The notes under the pieces: model-generated
The model's database searches: none
What the model was told of the DNA's origin: nothing
Seen by the model: only the letters and a program-made list of their open reading frames with translations
In this document: positions 1 through 11,218 of the stretch, in pieces
Layout of the letters: each line of letters starts with the position of its first letter
Numbering within the stretch: the first letter of the stretch is position 1
Made by a program: the position numbers and the translations under genes
NCBI GenBank assembly: GCA_050952625.1
Contig: JBMNLH010000001.1
Span: 1,632,001-1,696,000 of the forward strand
DNA from: Bacillota bacterium
Lineage (GTDB): Bacteria; Bacillota; Ch66; Ch109
Direction: 5' to 3'
DNA: 64,000 bases

Positions 1-124
1 AGACTTCACCCGTTATCCAGGAAGCGTGTATGTTAGTACACGAAATGAGTGGCGTTTTACGCAATTTGGGTGGTACCGCAGAGATAACAGTCTTTGTCCG
101 ATAGAGGGCAAAGACTTTTTTTAT
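1..124 (+). promoter_or_regulatory. T-box riboswitch (3' part; 5' stem I lies outside the window), presumably Trp-responsive
   Basis: CCCGTTA motif at 9-15; T-box AATTTGGGTGGTACCGC at 63-79; terminator AGTCTTTGTCC/GGGCAAAGACT plus T-run at 89-122; directly upstream of trpB2. Confidence 0.9.
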
Positions 125-155
125 CTAAGTAATCCAAAAGAAAGGAATGAAGACA

Positions 156-1526
156 ATGGCAGACATCCCTTACAAGATTTTTTTAACCGAAGAGGAAATT
201 CCAAAATACTGGTATAATTTGAAAGCCGTTATGAGAGAACTGCCCGCACCTTTTCTTAATCCGGGTACACTAAAACCCTGTACCGTCGAGGAACTTAATC
301 ACGTATTCTGCTCCGAACTAGTCAGGCAGGAACTAAACACGACTGATCAGTACATCGAGATTCCGGAAGAAATCCGCAGCTTTTATAAAATGTATCGTCC
401 GTCTCCCCTGGTCAGGGCTTACTGCTTAGAAAAGCAGTTGGATACCCCGGCGGAAATCTACTACAAGTTTGAGGGTACCAACACCTCTGGTTCCCACAAG
501 TTAAACTCAGCCGCGGCTCAAGTTTATTTTGCCAAAAAACAAGGACTCACCAACCTGACTACTGAAACTGGGGCCGGTCAATGGGGTACAGCCTTGGCCA
601 TGGCCTGCGCCTATTACAATATCCCTTTAACTGTCTATATGGTCAAAGTATCAGTAGAACAAAAGCCCTACCGGAAAGCAGTTATCGAAACCTACGGCGG
701 AAAAATTCTGGCCTCCCCTTCTGACACAACAGAAGTAGGCCGAAAAATATTAGCCGAAAACCCGGGTACCGGCGGTTCTTTAGGCTGTGCCATCTCGGAA
801 GCCATTGAAGTAGCTTTAAAGACCGAAGGATGCCGCTATGTCCTAGGCAGCGTGTTGGACCATGTTCTGCTGCACCAATCAATAATCGGCAATGAGACCA
901 AGGTTGCTTGTGATAAATACAACATCAAGCCGGATATCATTATCGGTTGCGCTGGCGGCGGTTCCAACCTTGGCGGTTTAATCGCCCCCTTTATGGGCGA
1001 AAAGATTAAGGGTAAAAATAACATTCAGTTCATTGCGGTCGAACCGGCCTCCTGTCCATCCCTAACTAGAGGAAAATATGCCTATGATTTCGGCGATACC
1101 GGGAAAACAACCCCACTGATGAAAATGTACACCTTAGGCTCCGGCTTTATTCCCTCACCGAATCACGCCGGTGGGCTTAGGTACCACGGCATGAGCCCAA
1201 TTGTCTCTAGGCTCTATCATGACGGTTACCTGGAAGCGCGGGCGGTCGAGCAGACCAAGGTGTTTGATGCCGCTACCCTGTTTGCCCGCTGCGAGGGCAT
1301 TCTGCCGGCTCCTGAATCCGCTCACGCCTTAAAGGTAGCGATGGATGAAGCCCTTAAGTGCAAAGAGACCGGCGAAAAGAAGACCATCCTCTTTGGGTTG
1401 ACCGGCACTGGTTACTTCGATCTAGCTGCCTACATCAGCTATAACGAAGGCAGCATGACCGACTATATCCCCTCAGATGAGGAGCTGGAAAAAGGGTTTG
1501 CCACCCTGCCTAAGGTAGGGGTCTAA
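156..1526 (+). CDS. trpB2: TrpB-like PLP enzyme (tryptophan synthase beta chain, TrpB2 type)
   Basis: GSHKLN (PLP lysine), TETGAGQWG, GCAGGGSN, HAGGLRYHG, PAPESAHA; start chosen at ATG 156 for spacing from AAAGGA. Confidence 0.92.
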   Translation: MADIPYKIFLTEEEIPKYWYNLKAVMRELPAPFLNPGTLKPCTVEELNHVFCSELVRQELNTTDQYIEIPEEIRSFYKMYRPSPLVRAYCLEKQLDTPAEIYYKFEGTNTSGSHKLNSAAAQVYFAKKQGLTNLTTETGAGQWGTALAMACAYYNIPLTVYMVKVSVEQKPYRKAVIETYGGKILASPSDTTEVGRKILAENPGTGGSLGCAISEAIEVALKTEGCRYVLGSVLDHVLLHQSIIGNETKVACDKYNIKPDIIIGCAGGGSNLGGLIAPFMGEKIKGKNNIQFIAVEPASCPSLTRGKYAYDFGDTGKTTPLMKMYTLGSGFIPSPNHAGGLRYHGMSPIVSRLYHDGYLEARAVEQTKVFDAATLFARCEGILPAPESAHALKVAMDEALKCKETGEKKTILFGLTGTGYFDLAAYISYNEGSMTDYIPSDEELEKGFATLPKVGV

Positions 1527-1550
1527 CCGATAATTGATTTAATTCGCAAT

Positions 1551-1746
1551 ACCCCCGCTACTATAAGTGGGGGTTACCTTGCATAATCAGAAAGTATAAG
1601 TGACTTTCTGATTATAAGTAAGTGCAACTAAAGCTTCCGCCTGCACCAAAGGCTTGGCGTAAGCCAAGTTTTCTTTATTTAAACTTCAGGTAGCGTAGAG
1701 TCTCCATCTGAAGCCCCGATGTTCAGCGTAGCTGAACAAGTTCACT
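1551..1746 (+). repeat. Repeat family A, long form carrying a ~100 bp inner hairpin module (~1581-1678)
   Basis: Near-identical to 31461-31668; ends in AGTTCACT; several hairpins. Confidence 0.85.
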
Positions 1747-2012
1747 TCAGACATCAGAACATGAAAAAGTAGATCGCCTGGGTTATAAGGGTTCTTTTGA
1801 ACTCAGATCAATTCAAACCACCTTGAGCTTTATTACCCACCTGTTATTTCAGGCAGAATTACTGTATAACGGATAAGCTCTAGGTGGTCTTGTCTTAATA
1901 AGAAAAAATGTGAATTGAAAAATGCTTAACAAGCAACAATATCCTTAGTTGTGCACAATACCTTCTTATTCTCAAACCGCCATTGGGTAAGTTTTGAGGA
2001 GGGTTTTGGATA

Positions 2013-4631
2013 TTGTTACCCCATAGTGCTAAACTGGAAGACCTGCTTCAGGAACTACAACCCGATCTTAATCAGGGTCTGACTTCCGAGCAAGTCAGCC
2101 GTCGTTTAGCGGAATACGGTGAAAATAAACTCAAAGAAAAGAAGAAAAAAAGTAACGTCCAAAGGTTTTTTAACCAGTTCAAGGACGTGATGATTATCAT
2201 CCTGCTGGGAGCGGCCTTCATCTCTTTCATTGTTGCTGTATATGAGGGCATCCCCTCCGGTTTTTTTGAACCAGCTTTAATCTTACTGATTGTGGTGCTC
2301 AACGCTCTGATGGGTGTTCTCCAAGAAAGCAAAGCCGAAAAAGCCCTGGAGGCCCTGAAAAGCTTATCTGCCCAACATGCCCGGGTCCTCAGGGATGGTA
2401 AAGAAACAATAATTAAGGCGACTAGCCTTGTTCCCGGCGATATTATTTTTCTGGAAGCGGGCGACTTCATTCCCGCTGATGCTCGACTGCTGCATTCGGC
2501 TAGTTTGAAATCGGAAGAATCCGCCTTAACCGGTGAATCAGTCCCCTCCGAAAAAGATGCCGCCGCTGTAGTAGCCGCCAATGCTCCTTTGGGTGACCGG
2601 CATAATATGATTTATAGCGGCTGCAGTGTTACCTATGGACATGCAAAAGCAGTAGTTACAGCCACCGGCATGAACACGGAAATGGGCAAAATTGCCAGCC
2701 TATTAGAACAAACTCAGGATATGCAAACTCCGTTACAGGAAAGGTTAGCCGATCTTGGCAGATCTCTCGGTCTGATCGGCCTGTCTGCTTGTGCGGTTAT
2801 TCTGGTCATTGGCATTATGGCTGGGATGCGGGTCATGGAAATCTTTATGATTGCTGTATCCCTAGCGGTCTCGGCTATCCCTGAGGGTTTACCAGCGATC
2901 GTAACTATTGTCTTATCCATCGGGGTTCAGCGAATGGTTATGAAAAATGCGATCATCCGGCGGCTGCCGGCAGTGGAAACGCTTGGCAGTGCCTCAGTTA
3001 TTTGCTCGGATAAAACCGGCACCCTGACCCAAAACCGGATGACTTTAGTCAAAGCTTATGCAGACGACCAGGACCAGATTGAAGCGATCAACACCAACAA
3101 CAGTCCTAGCATCAGGAAATTATTGCTGTATGGCCTGCTCTGCTCAGACGCCACCGTGGAATTTGATGGCCAAACCGAGCGTCATATCGGGGATCCAACC
3201 GAGACCGCGATTGTGCTGGCCGCCCACCGCAACGGTCTAACTAAGGATACCTCGAATCGCCAATATCCTCGCTTATTGGAAATCCCTTTTGATTCAGACC
3301 GTAAATTAATGACCTCGATAAATCTGATTGATAATAAAAATATAGTTATTGTTAAAGGGGCCTTTGATGTCCTGGCCGCCAAATGTATCAAGGGAGATAT
3401 TGGGCGGGCGAAGAAATACAATGATCAATTTAGCCGGGAAGCCTTGCGGGTTATTGCCATCGGCTACAAAGAAATTGAGGCCATTCCGGAAAAACCCACC
3501 TCCGAAGAACTGGAAAATGGTTTGACCTTTATGGGGCTGGTAGGCATGATTGACCCGCCGCGACCGGAAGCGCGAGCCGCCGTCAATATCTGCCGAAAAG
3601 CGGGGATTAAACCGGTGATGATTACCGGGGATCATGTGATCACCGCCTCAGCGATTGCTAAGGATTTAGGTATTTTACAAGATGGTGATGCCGCTATTTC
3701 AGGCCCCGAGCTGGCAGCGATGTCTGAAACAGAATTAAATAACCGGGTTCGCAACATCTCCGTTTACGCCCGCGTCTCCCCGGAGGACAAAATCCGGATT
3801 GTCCGCGCCTGGCAGCGGCAAGGGGATATCGTTTCAATGACTGGCGACGGAGTAAACGACGCTCCGGCCCTGAAAGCGGCTGATATCGGTTGTGCGATGG
3901 GCATCACCGGCACGGATGTCGCCAAAAACGCGGCGGACATGACTTTGACCGATGATAATTTTGCGACCATTGTTGAGGCGGTCAAGGAAGGCCGGGGCAT
4001 ATATGATAATATTAAAAAAGTAGTCGGCTTTTTGCTCGGGACAAATATCGGTGAAATCTTGACCGTGTTCCTGGCGATGGTTTCGTGGCAGAAAGCACCT
4101 TTGTTGGCGATTCATCTTTTATGGATTAATCTAGTGACAGACAGTTTCCCAGCCATTGCCCTAGGTATGGAGCCAGTGGAAGAAGACGTAATGGAACGCA
4201 AACCAAAACCAAAAAATGAGAGCATTTTTGCCCACGGGCTGGGAGTACGTATTCTGTTACAGGGGGTTATGTTCGCAGCCTTAACACTGTTCGGATTTTG
4301 GTACGGCGAACAGAAAACTGGTCAGCTAGCGGGCGGTCAAACAATGGCTTTCATTGTATTAGCCCTTACCCAGGTAATCCATTCTTTCAATATGCGTTCT
4401 AATCATTCTCTGTTCAAGATCGGAATCTGGAGCAACAAAAACTTGAATATTGCGGCCTTGATATCAATCGCTCTGATAATGATGGTGTTGTTTATTACAC
4501 CGGTCACTATTGTTTTTGGTTTGATCAGGTTACCGGCTTCCATGTATTTAGTCGCATTAGGGCTGGCTATTGTGCCCATCATTGTCTTAGAACTGTCGAA
4601 AGCCGGCGGGCTGATTAAACACGACCAATAA
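2013..4631 (+). CDS. Cation-transporting P-type ATPase (P2A, Ca2+-type)
   Basis: TGES, PEGL, DKTGTLT phosphorylation motif, [12 protein letters not shown], multiple TM segments. Confidence 0.93.
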   Translation: MLPHSAKLEDLLQELQPDLNQGLTSEQVSRRLAEYGENKLKEKKKKSNVQRFFNQFKDVMIIILLGAAFISFIVAVYEGIPSGFFEPALILLIVVLNALMGVLQESKAEKALEALKSLSAQHARVLRDGKETIIKATSLVPGDIIFLEAGDFIPADARLLHSASLKSEESALTGESVPSEKDAAAVVAANAPLGDRHNMIYSGCSVTYGHAKAVVTATGMNTEMGKIASLLEQTQDMQTPLQERLADLGRSLGLIGLSACAVILVIGIMAGMRVMEIFMIAVSLAVSAIPEGLPAIVTIVLSIGVQRMVMKNAIIRRLPAVETLGSASVICSDKTGTLTQNRMTLVKAYADDQDQIEAINTNNSPSIRKLLLYGLLCSDATVEFDGQTERHIGDPTETAIVLAAHRNGLTKDTSNRQYPRLLEIPFDSDRKLMTSINLIDNKNIVIVKGAFDVLAAKCIKGDIGRAKKYNDQFSREALRVIAIGYKEIEAIPEKPTSEELENGLTFMGLVGMIDPPRPEARAAVNICRKAGIKPVMITGDHVITASAIAKDLGILQDGDAAISGPELAAMSETELNNRVRNISVYARVSPEDKIRIVRAWQRQGDIVSMTGDGVNDAPALKAADIGCAMGITGTDVAKNAADMTLTDDNFATIVEAVKEGRGIYDNIKKVVGFLLGTNIGEILTVFLAMVSWQKAPLLAIHLLWINLVTDSFPAIALGMEPVEEDVMERKPKPKNESIFAHGLGVRILLQGVMFAALTLFGFWYGEQKTGQLAGGQTMAFIVLALTQVIHSFNMRSNHSLFKIGIWSNKNLNIAALISIALIMMVLFITPVTIVFGLIRLPASMYLVALGLAIVPIIVLELSKAGGLIKHDQ

Positions 4632-4638
4632 AACCAAA

Positions 4639-4670
4639 ACCCGTTCTGCTAGTACGCCACAGAACGGTTT
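4639..4670. terminator. Intrinsic terminator between convergent ATPase and uppP
   Basis: CCGTTCTG/CAGAACGG stem with A- and T-rich flanks. Confidence 0.6.
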
Positions 4671-4708
4671 CTTGATGTCCTTTTAGGAAATCGCCTGGCT
4701 TAACCACG

Positions 4709-4854
4709 CATGCCCGCTAAGAACAACCACGGATGAAAACAGCGGACATATGTCATCCTGAACGATGATCTTACTGCTCAGCGGGGAAGGATTCCTCGCT
4801 TCGCTCAGAATAATGGTTTTATTCATAGCAAAGACACGATACTAAAACTATTTT
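4709..4854 (+). repeat. Repeat family B (REP/MITE-like palindromic repeat)
   Basis: ATGCCCGC..ACAACCAC.GATGAAAA end plus TGTCATCCTGA...GATTCCTCGCTTCGCTCAGAAT core; related copies at ~5757, ~27614, ~29984 and ~33140. Confidence 0.65.
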
Positions 4855-4864
4855 CGTGTTTATG

Positions 4865-5686
4865 CTACTTTAAGACAAAGTAGCCGATAACTAAAATACC
4901 TAAAACGATCCGATACCAACCAAAGGCTGTAAAGTCGTTAGTTTTAATGTACCCCAATAAGAAGCGAATGGCGATTACCGAAACAATAAAAGCCACAATC
5001 ATGCCGGTCAATAAAACGGCGATTTCCAGGCCAGTAAAACTAAACCCAAATTTGACTAGTTTTAAGCCACTGGCACCAAACATCACTGGGATTGACAAAA
5101 AAAATGAATACTCTGCTGCGATATGACGTGATGTCCCTAGGATAATCGCCCCAAGGATCGTGGAACCTGAACGCGAGGTTCCCGGAATTAAAGATAAGAC
5201 TTGGAACAAACCGATAAAGAAAGCTGTTCTATAAGATAAATCACTAAAACTGCTAACTTTAGGGGCTCTACCCTTATTCCGATTTTCAATGACAATAAAG
5301 AGTATTCCGTAGACTATCAACATAATCGCGACAGTTTGATAGTTGTAAAATTGTTCATTCAACCAATCATCAAATAAAAATCCTAAGACCGCAGCCGGGA
5401 TCACACCCACAATCACTTTATACCAAATCCCAAAAGTTTCCTTCTTTTCATACTGTGATTTCTTCAGCGAAAAAGGGTTTAACTTATGAAAGTAAAGCAG
5501 GACCACCGCCATGATCGCGCCCAATTGAATGACCACGAAGAACATTTCTTTAAAAGCGTCTGAGGCACTTAACTGGATGAATTCCTCCACCAAAATCATG
5601 TGACCGGTACTACTTATCGGCAACCACTCAGTAATTCCTTCAACGACTCCTAAAAAGACTGCCTTTAAAAGTTCAATAAAAAGCAT
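4865..5686 (-). CDS. uppP: Undecaprenyl-diphosphate phosphatase (BacA/UppP)
   Basis: [14 protein letters not shown] and [10 protein letters not shown] motifs. Confidence 0.95.
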   Translation of the reverse strand: MLFIELLKAVFLGVVEGITEWLPISSTGHMILVEEFIQLSASDAFKEMFFVVIQLGAIMAVVLLYFHKLNPFSLKKSQYEKKETFGIWYKVIVGVIPAAVLGFLFDDWLNEQFYNYQTVAIMLIVYGILFIVIENRNKGRAPKVSSFSDLSYRTAFFIGLFQVLSLIPGTSRSGSTILGAIILGTSRHIAAEYSFFLSIPVMFGASGLKLVKFGFSFTGLEIAVLLTGMIVAFIVSVIAIRFLLGYIKTNDFTAFGWYRIVLGILVIGYFVLK

Positions 5687-5691
5687 ACTGT

Positions 5692-5763
5692 TTACCTCTA
5701 TATCCTAAAATTACCCTCTATATCCTAGAATCACCCTATATATCCTCGAATCCCCTCTATGCC
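5692..5763. repeat. ~20 bp tandem repeat, about 3.5 copies, in the uppP 5' region
   Basis: TTACC(C)TCTATATCCTAAAA / TTACCCTCTATATCCTAGAA / TCACCCTATATATCCTCGAA / TCCCCTCTAT. Confidence 0.85.
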
Positions 5764-5897
5764 CGCTAGGCACAACCTCCGATGAAAATAATTGTTTAAG
5801 CCTCACCCCTCACGCCTTAGACCCTACCTCTTGCTAACACTAAATCTATGAATATCACATCCGATTCTTTCTTTCAACTCATAAGCATGCTTTTCAT

Positions 5898-6623
5898 TTA
5901 TAAATTAATTTTGCGGTTTAAAAGAAAGCCCGTACTGATAAATAATAAACCAATCAAGACGATGATAATCAGCCAGTCAGTGGTAGTCATAAAGGCTACC
6001 GATCCGTGTAGGTAATAGCGAGCAGAGACACTAAGAATATCTCCAAGATAATCAACAACCTTGGCCAGAACAATAAAACAACCAAAGGCAATTAAGATAC
6101 CGTGTTTAAACGTCGCAAAAATGCTTTTAGCTAGGGCTAATGATAAATAAACCATCAATATGAATATGATGTAACCCCCAAGAATAAAGCCCAGGCCCTT
6201 TAAAACTTCCAAGCCGATTTCCCAGGTTAAAGAGGGTAATTGCCAATTTAGAGCAATCATATCTACATATATAGCATCAAAATAGGCGACAATTCCCACG
6301 ATAGTCATCACCGCTACACATTCCAGGAATATCGCGAGCAACTTGGCCCCTAAAAGTTGATACCCACTCAACGGTAAGGTTAATTCCGTAAAACCTTCAT
6401 CAGAAAATAAAGTCCGATATAATCTTCCTAGATGGTCGACTACCAAGGCCGCGCTTAGAGTAAACACTAGGGCAATCAGGATAACGGAGATATAATTAGG
6501 ACTCTCTTGACTTATAATCCGGCTAAAGAGATCTATATCAGCTAACACAAAGACGAGAATACCGGCCAGGAAAAACTTCCATCTTCTGAGCCATTCATAT
6601 TTGATGAAGTTAAGCATTTTCAT
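5898..6623 (-). CDS. ABC-2 type permease / membrane protein
   Basis: About 6 hydrophobic segments, LTLPLS..QLLGAKL motif; overlaps ABC ATPase stop; start 6623 or 6617. Confidence 0.75.
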   Translation of the reverse strand: MKMLNFIKYEWLRRWKFFLAGILVFVLADIDLFSRIISQESPNYISVILIALVFTLSAALVVDHLGRLYRTLFSDEGFTELTLPLSGYQLLGAKLLAIFLECVAVMTIVGIVAYFDAIYVDMIALNWQLPSLTWEIGLEVLKGLGFILGGYIIFILMVYLSLALAKSIFATFKHGILIAFGCFIVLAKVVDYLGDILSVSARYYLHGSVAFMTTTDWLIIIVLIGLLFISTGFLLNRKINL

Positions 6624-7308
6624 AGACCTCCTTATAAAGTTCTTCAATAGACATTTTGCGGTTAAGGCGCAGGTCTTCTGCATCTCCGGCCAAAGCAATT
6701 TGGCCGTTTTTTAAGAAAATCACATTATCCAGAATACTCTCAATTTCTCGGATAATATGAGTAGAGATTAGAATCGTGCTTTCTTCCCGAACTGACTCGA
6801 GAATCATTTGAAGGACTTTTTCACGGGAAATCGGATCCAGGCCGTTTAACGGTTCATCTAAGAGATATAACCTAGCTTGTCTCGACATGGCCAAGACTAC
6901 CTTCAACCGTCCCAGCATCCCCGATGATAATGAGGTTATCTTCTGACTGACGTTTAGGCCCATAAACTCTACTCGTTCGGTAGCATGCTTCAAGTCAAAG
7001 TCTCGGTAAAAATCCTGATAATAACTCAAACACCTGCCAATAGTCATCCACTTAGGCAAGTGGTTAGTCGTCGGCAAAAAGGAAACTACTTGTTTGGTCA
7101 TAACCCCTATGTGATGGCCGTTTACTACAATATTCCCGGCAGTCGGCTGGGTTACACCAGCGATCAATTTCATCAGGGTGGTTTTCCCACTAGCATTCGG
7201 CCCTAGCAGTCCGTAAATTTTTCCTTCCTCTAAAGAAAAATCAAGATTATCGAGGACAGTTTTCGTCATATACTTTTTCGTTAGTCCATTAACCTTTAAT
7301 AGTTCCAT
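6610..7308 (-). CDS. ABC transporter ATP-binding protein
   Basis: GPNASGKTT, LSSG, LLDEP, H-loop STH. Confidence 0.92.
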   Translation of the reverse strand: MELLKVNGLTKKYMTKTVLDNLDFSLEEGKIYGLLGPNASGKTTLMKLIAGVTQPTAGNIVVNGHHIGVMTKQVVSFLPTTNHLPKWMTIGRCLSYYQDFYRDFDLKHATERVEFMGLNVSQKITSLSSGMLGRLKVVLAMSRQARLYLLDEPLNGLDPISREKVLQMILESVREESTILISTHIIREIESILDNVIFLKNGQIALAGDAEDLRLNRKMSIEELYKEVYENA

Positions 7309-7670
7309 TCAGGCTTCACCTCCATATATTCTTTCAAGGCTACTAAAGTTGTTTCAGAATCATAGCCTAATTCCCGCATACCTTGAACAAAGCTTTCTAA
7401 TATCTCATAAGCCATCTCCTGTTTAATCCTTTGGACAATCTCCTCGTCCTCGGTGATAAAAGAACCTATTCCCCGCTGGGTAAAAACTACTTCTTCCCGT
7501 TCTAGTTCCTGATAAACCCGCTGGATTGTATTAACATTTACTTGCAGCTCACTGGCTAATGCTCTGACTGATGGCATTTTATCCCCCCGTTGCAAACGCC
7601 CTGAAATAATATCTTTTTTAATCCTATCCATAATTTGTAGGTAAATAGGTATCTTGGTATCAAAATCCAC
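7296..7670 (-). CDS. GntR (YtrA subfamily) transcriptional regulator
   Basis: PIYLQI..PSVRALA..VNVNTIQRVYQELE..RGIGSF. Confidence 0.92.
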   Translation of the reverse strand: MDFDTKIPIYLQIMDRIKKDIISGRLQRGDKMPSVRALASELQVNVNTIQRVYQELEREEVVFTQRGIGSFITEDEEIVQRIKQEMAYEILESFVQGMRELGYDSETTLVALKEYMEVKPEWNY

Positions 7671-7721
7671 TTAATCACCCCCTCAAATGCGTTGTAAGCG
7701 TCATGGTGTTATGTTGTTCTA

Positions 7722-7763
7722 GTGTTATAGTTAAATAATACACAGATGCGGCAAATGTGTCAA
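7722..7763 (-). promoter_or_regulatory. Sigma-A promoter with overlapping putative YtrA-type operator
   Basis: Minus strand TTGACA-17 bp-TATTAT (7763-7735); imperfect palindrome GTGTTATAGTTAAATAATACAC. Confidence 0.7.
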
Positions 7764-7842
7764 CACGCAATAGAACATAAGCACAAAAAAAAGAGGCGTT
7801 AAACCTCATCACTTATAATGATCACAGAATAAACTTTGAGTA

Positions 7843-8337
7843 TTATTTGATGACATAAGCTGGATATAGCTTCTTATAGATTAAATAGATGTTAATAACG
7901 GCAATAAAGAAATAGATGACTCTGATGGTCATGTAAGGCACGTCTAGGCCTAAAGCAATCCCGTTGATGTCTCCGCCCACGAAAAAGGATAACAATGATA
8001 TATACACGGGGTCAAGTATCAGAAAAAGAAAGGTTACATAATAAATATAATTTTTTACTGGCTGTTTGTTCAATTTAAGTATTTTTGGCGAAAGGGCAAA
8101 TAGGATGTATCCGATTAACACGGTAACCACGCTGCTGAGGCCAGAAAACGCCGCCAGCTTTACCCCTCCGATTGACAGAGGTTGTGTAACCATTACCTCT
8201 ATACCTAACGGAAGCAAACGAATACCTTCGTATATTCCGAATAACTGGGCTTGAATAATATGAACTCCTTCATGAATAACCAAATAGGTTATCCCGGCTA
8301 AGACAAAATACAAATATCTTCGTAATTGTATATGCAT
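7843..8337 (-). CDS. Membrane protein with HExxH motif (M50-like metallopeptidase candidate)
   Basis: IHEGVH within a TM helix, later GGD; start reassigned to ATG 8337. Confidence 0.55.
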   Translation of the reverse strand: MHIQLRRYLYFVLAGITYLVIHEGVHIIQAQLFGIYEGIRLLPLGIEVMVTQPLSIGGVKLAAFSGLSSVVTVLIGYILFALSPKILKLNKQPVKNYIYYVTFLFLILDPVYISLLSFFVGGDINGIALGLDVPYMTIRVIYFFIAVINIYLIYKKLYPAYVIK

Positions 8338-8353
8338 GCTTTCATACCTTTTC

Positions 8354-8671
8354 TTACCGCACCAACCATCGGTAGTCCTGTCTGCAATCCACGATATAGT
8401 CAACATACACCGTTCGATCCTTGATCTGATACAAAACTAAATACCATTTTTCAACAAACAGCTTATGGTATTTATTGAGCGGTATAAATTCAGTATTAAG
8501 AAACGGACACCGCTCCGGCATTGTTGAAAGGGAACGAATGGCGTCCATCAAGTCGTTTTTCACCTTGCGGGCGGCAGAAGGACTTTTCTGTGCCAGAAAA
8601 CGGATATGGCCCGCCAGCATCTGACGGGCACGGTCGGAAACAATGACCTTATATTGAGGTTTCTTTTCCAT
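8354..8671 (-). CDS. RelE/ParE-family toxin
   Basis: YKVIVSDRA..SLSTMPERCP..YLVLYQI; overlaps the antitoxin stop; start uncertain. Confidence 0.8.
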   Translation of the reverse strand: MEKKPQYKVIVSDRARQMLAGHIRFLAQKSPSAARKVKNDLMDAIRSLSTMPERCPFLNTEFIPLNKYHKLFVEKWYLVLYQIKDRTVYVDYIVDCRQDYRWLVR

Positions 8672-8939
8672 GTTCCACCTCGTTAATAATACCGTCAAGG
8701 TATTTGTCCAATTCATCCGGTGTAACTCCCGCTCGTCCTGCCAGACGGTCTTCCTCGACAGCCAACAGTTCTTCCCGTAGTTTTAGCATTTTTTCACGCC
8801 GGGAAAATGCCTCTATATCCATCACCACAAGATCACCCTCGCCGTTTTTCGTAAGGTACACAGGCTCACCAGTGGACTTGCATAAAGCTGCAATTTCATT
8901 ATAATTCTGCCTGATGCTAGCGGACGGTTTAATCAGCAT
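8649..8939 (-). CDS. Phd/YefM-family antitoxin
   Basis: EPVYLTKNGEGDLVVM. Confidence 0.88.
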   Translation of the reverse strand: MLIKPSASIRQNYNEIAALCKSTGEPVYLTKNGEGDLVVMDIEAFSRREKMLKLREELLAVEEDRLAGRAGVTPDELDKYLDGIINEVEHGKETSI

Positions 8940-9016
8940 GGTATCAGATCCTCTCGTAGCAACATTCTAATTATATTATACTTTTTTCATGCTATGAAAT
9001 CAACCAATCTATATTT

Positions 9017-11218
9017 TTAAGGTTTGTAGCCTGAATTGTTCATCGAAAAGATAACCTCTCCGTCGGATCGCGTAAGAGTAGCGTTCGCAATACCACAGGC
9101 CTTTAAATGTTTGTAAAGGTTTTGATACTGCAGTGTCTGGATATCACTGTAATTTCCATAGTATTTAAGGATTTCGTCCGCCAGTCCAGGGATACTCCGG
9201 CCGGATACTGGCGTCACGCAGAAATCGCGGATAGACGAACCAAAGTCACCCCCATCCCGCGCCGGCTCGTATTTCTCCAGCACATAATTGCCGTTTTCAT
9301 CCTTTTTATAGGTGATGGCTTTCGGAACAACGCATGCGGTTGTTCTGTCCAGAACATTACCATAAAGCCGGTAGGTGGAACTGTAGGTAGTGACGAAAAC
9401 CTTTAAAAATCCATTCTCTTCATAGCTGCCAAAGATCCTGGGGGCAACAACGGTAAAACCTCGCCCCGGTGCCGAATTCTGCTGAATCTCCGTAGCGTAA
9501 ACCATTTTTTCTAGGGGATCGTCACCATCATAAGTAAAATCAGGCAGTTTGATCTCTGCCCTGATCGACAGGGCCGCGTACCACTCCGATGGGGACAGTG
9601 ATTCATCAGTTACGTTATTGCGCACTCCCAGAAGCTCCTTGCACAGCCGCATCATGAGCTGCCCCCGCAGGCCGTCCGCGTTTCCCGCCTCAAACTGCGA
9701 CAGCATATACTGCAAGGCCTCTTCTCCTCCATATTTTTTAATCTTTTCATAATCAAGCGGATGCGCGTCAATGTAAGCTTGGGGATTAGAAGACTCTTTC
9801 GGCGAGGACATAATGATCGCAAGGTTTTCTTCTACCAGTTTCTCCACCTCAACCTCTTTGTTCAGTAAAGCTTTGACTGATGACTCTAAACCCCCGTCTT
9901 CTATTACTCCACCGGTCCAGAGAGTTCCAATCAGCTCTACTGCACCGTTTTGCCGAGCGATTACTAACAGAGGGCTGCCCATGCTGCAGGTTTCCTTGAG
10001 CCATCCATCCTCATCAACCTGCATACCGCCGGCCAGAACTACTTTACTCAAATCTTCTGGCAGTAGCCGGTATTCCAGAGCATAAACATCAATCGGTGTC
10101 TCAGCTAGTGCCTCAAAGGTTTCTACCAATTCCAGGCGGGTAATTTTACGATCAATAATGTTTACCTCTGGGTTTAATTCATAGTTGGCAATGTCCCGAT
10201 CAATTATGGCCTGGGCCAAACTGGTGACTTGGGCTAAATTATCTGCTTCTTTATCTTTGGGATTGGCCGCAAAAGCAACCGCTGCCAGGCATACCGCGAC
10301 AACCGCCAGGATTATGACCCAAAAGGCCGGTTTCCGGTAATTCAGGACATTGATAATCCGCGTCTTGACATGACTTTCGCCAAAAGCCAGCGGATTGACC
10401 GTCAATAGATCAGTTCTTTTCAAGGACAACGACAGCAGTGAACCGGAGTAGCCATCCTTTATGCTTTCCCCCAGCCGGCTCAGCACGCTTTCGTCGCAGG
10501 ACATCTCCATATCTCGGCTCATGAGCCGGAAAGACAACCACATCAATGGATTAAACCAATGGAGAATGAGGGCCAGAAAAGCCAAAGGCTTAATCAGATA
10601 ATCCCGCCGGCGGATGTGCGTGCGCTCATGCTCCAAGATATAAGCCAGGTCAACCGCCCCGACACCTACCGGTACATAGATTTTTGGCCGCATAAAGCCG
10701 CACACAAAGGCGGTACTGATAGCGTCAGTTTCATAAACATTGCCCTCTACACGGGTCGCGGTTTGCAGCCTTCTTTTGGTCCTAACATAAGAAACAACAC
10801 TATAAATCAACAATGCCAGAACCCCGGCAATCCAAATAAGACTAAAAACTTCCGTCCACATCGGCAGGGGATTTCCGCTGGCAGTTGGAACGGCTGGCAG
10901 CAAAGAGGCGTTTGCCATACGATCAACGTTGTCAAGTTCGGGCGATATCGCGGGTGTCTCCATGAAGCGAAGATTATCCGGGATGTATTCCGTCATACTA
11001 ACATTTTGCGGGGTGTTGATCAACGACAAAAAGCTAAAGTCCGAAGTGAAAGAAACTGGACAAATCAGCCGAAAAAATACCGCCGCCCATAAAATATACG
11101 AAAAGACCTTGGGAGCTTTCCTAAGCAGCAGACGAACCAGCATCACGCCCAGAGCCACAAAGGAGGCAGTGATGCTCATGTTGAGGATGGTTGGAAATAA
11201 ATCTTGCAGAATGTTCAT
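9017..11218 (-). CDS. BlaR1-like M56 peptidase with long extracellular C-terminal domains
   Basis: HERTH zinc motif, HWFNPL, EMSCDE; coupled to BlaI. Confidence 0.88.
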   Translation of the reverse strand: MNILQDLFPTILNMSITASFVALGVMLVRLLLRKAPKVFSYILWAAVFFRLICPVSFTSDFSFLSLINTPQNVSMTEYIPDNLRFMETPAISPELDNVDRMANASLLPAVPTASGNPLPMWTEVFSLIWIAGVLALLIYSVVSYVRTKRRLQTATRVEGNVYETDAISTAFVCGFMRPKIYVPVGVGAVDLAYILEHERTHIRRRDYLIKPLAFLALILHWFNPLMWLSFRLMSRDMEMSCDESVLSRLGESIKDGYSGSLLSLSLKRTDLLTVNPLAFGESHVKTRIINVLNYRKPAFWVIILAVVAVCLAAVAFAANPKDKEADNLAQVTSLAQAIIDRDIANYELNPEVNIIDRKITRLELVETFEALAETPIDVYALEYRLLPEDLSKVVLAGGMQVDEDGWLKETCSMGSPLLVIARQNGAVELIGTLWTGGVIEDGGLESSVKALLNKEVEVEKLVEENLAIIMSSPKESSNPQAYIDAHPLDYEKIKKYGGEEALQYMLSQFEAGNADGLRGQLMMRLCKELLGVRNNVTDESLSPSEWYAALSIRAEIKLPDFTYDGDDPLEKMVYATEIQQNSAPGRGFTVVAPRIFGSYEENGFLKVFVTTYSSTYRLYGNVLDRTTACVVPKAITYKKDENGNYVLEKYEPARDGGDFGSSIRDFCVTPVSGRSIPGLADEILKYYGNYSDIQTLQYQNLYKHLKACGIANATLTRSDGEVIFSMNNSGYKP

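Noticed and set aside
26-217. 63-aa ORF as a leader peptide
   Set aside because: It overlaps the T-box and terminator and runs into trpB2 out of frame; T-box control needs no peptide
5692-5763. Possible CRISPR array
   Set aside because: Units are contiguous ~20-bp tandem repeats with no unique spacers, and there are no cas genes in the window
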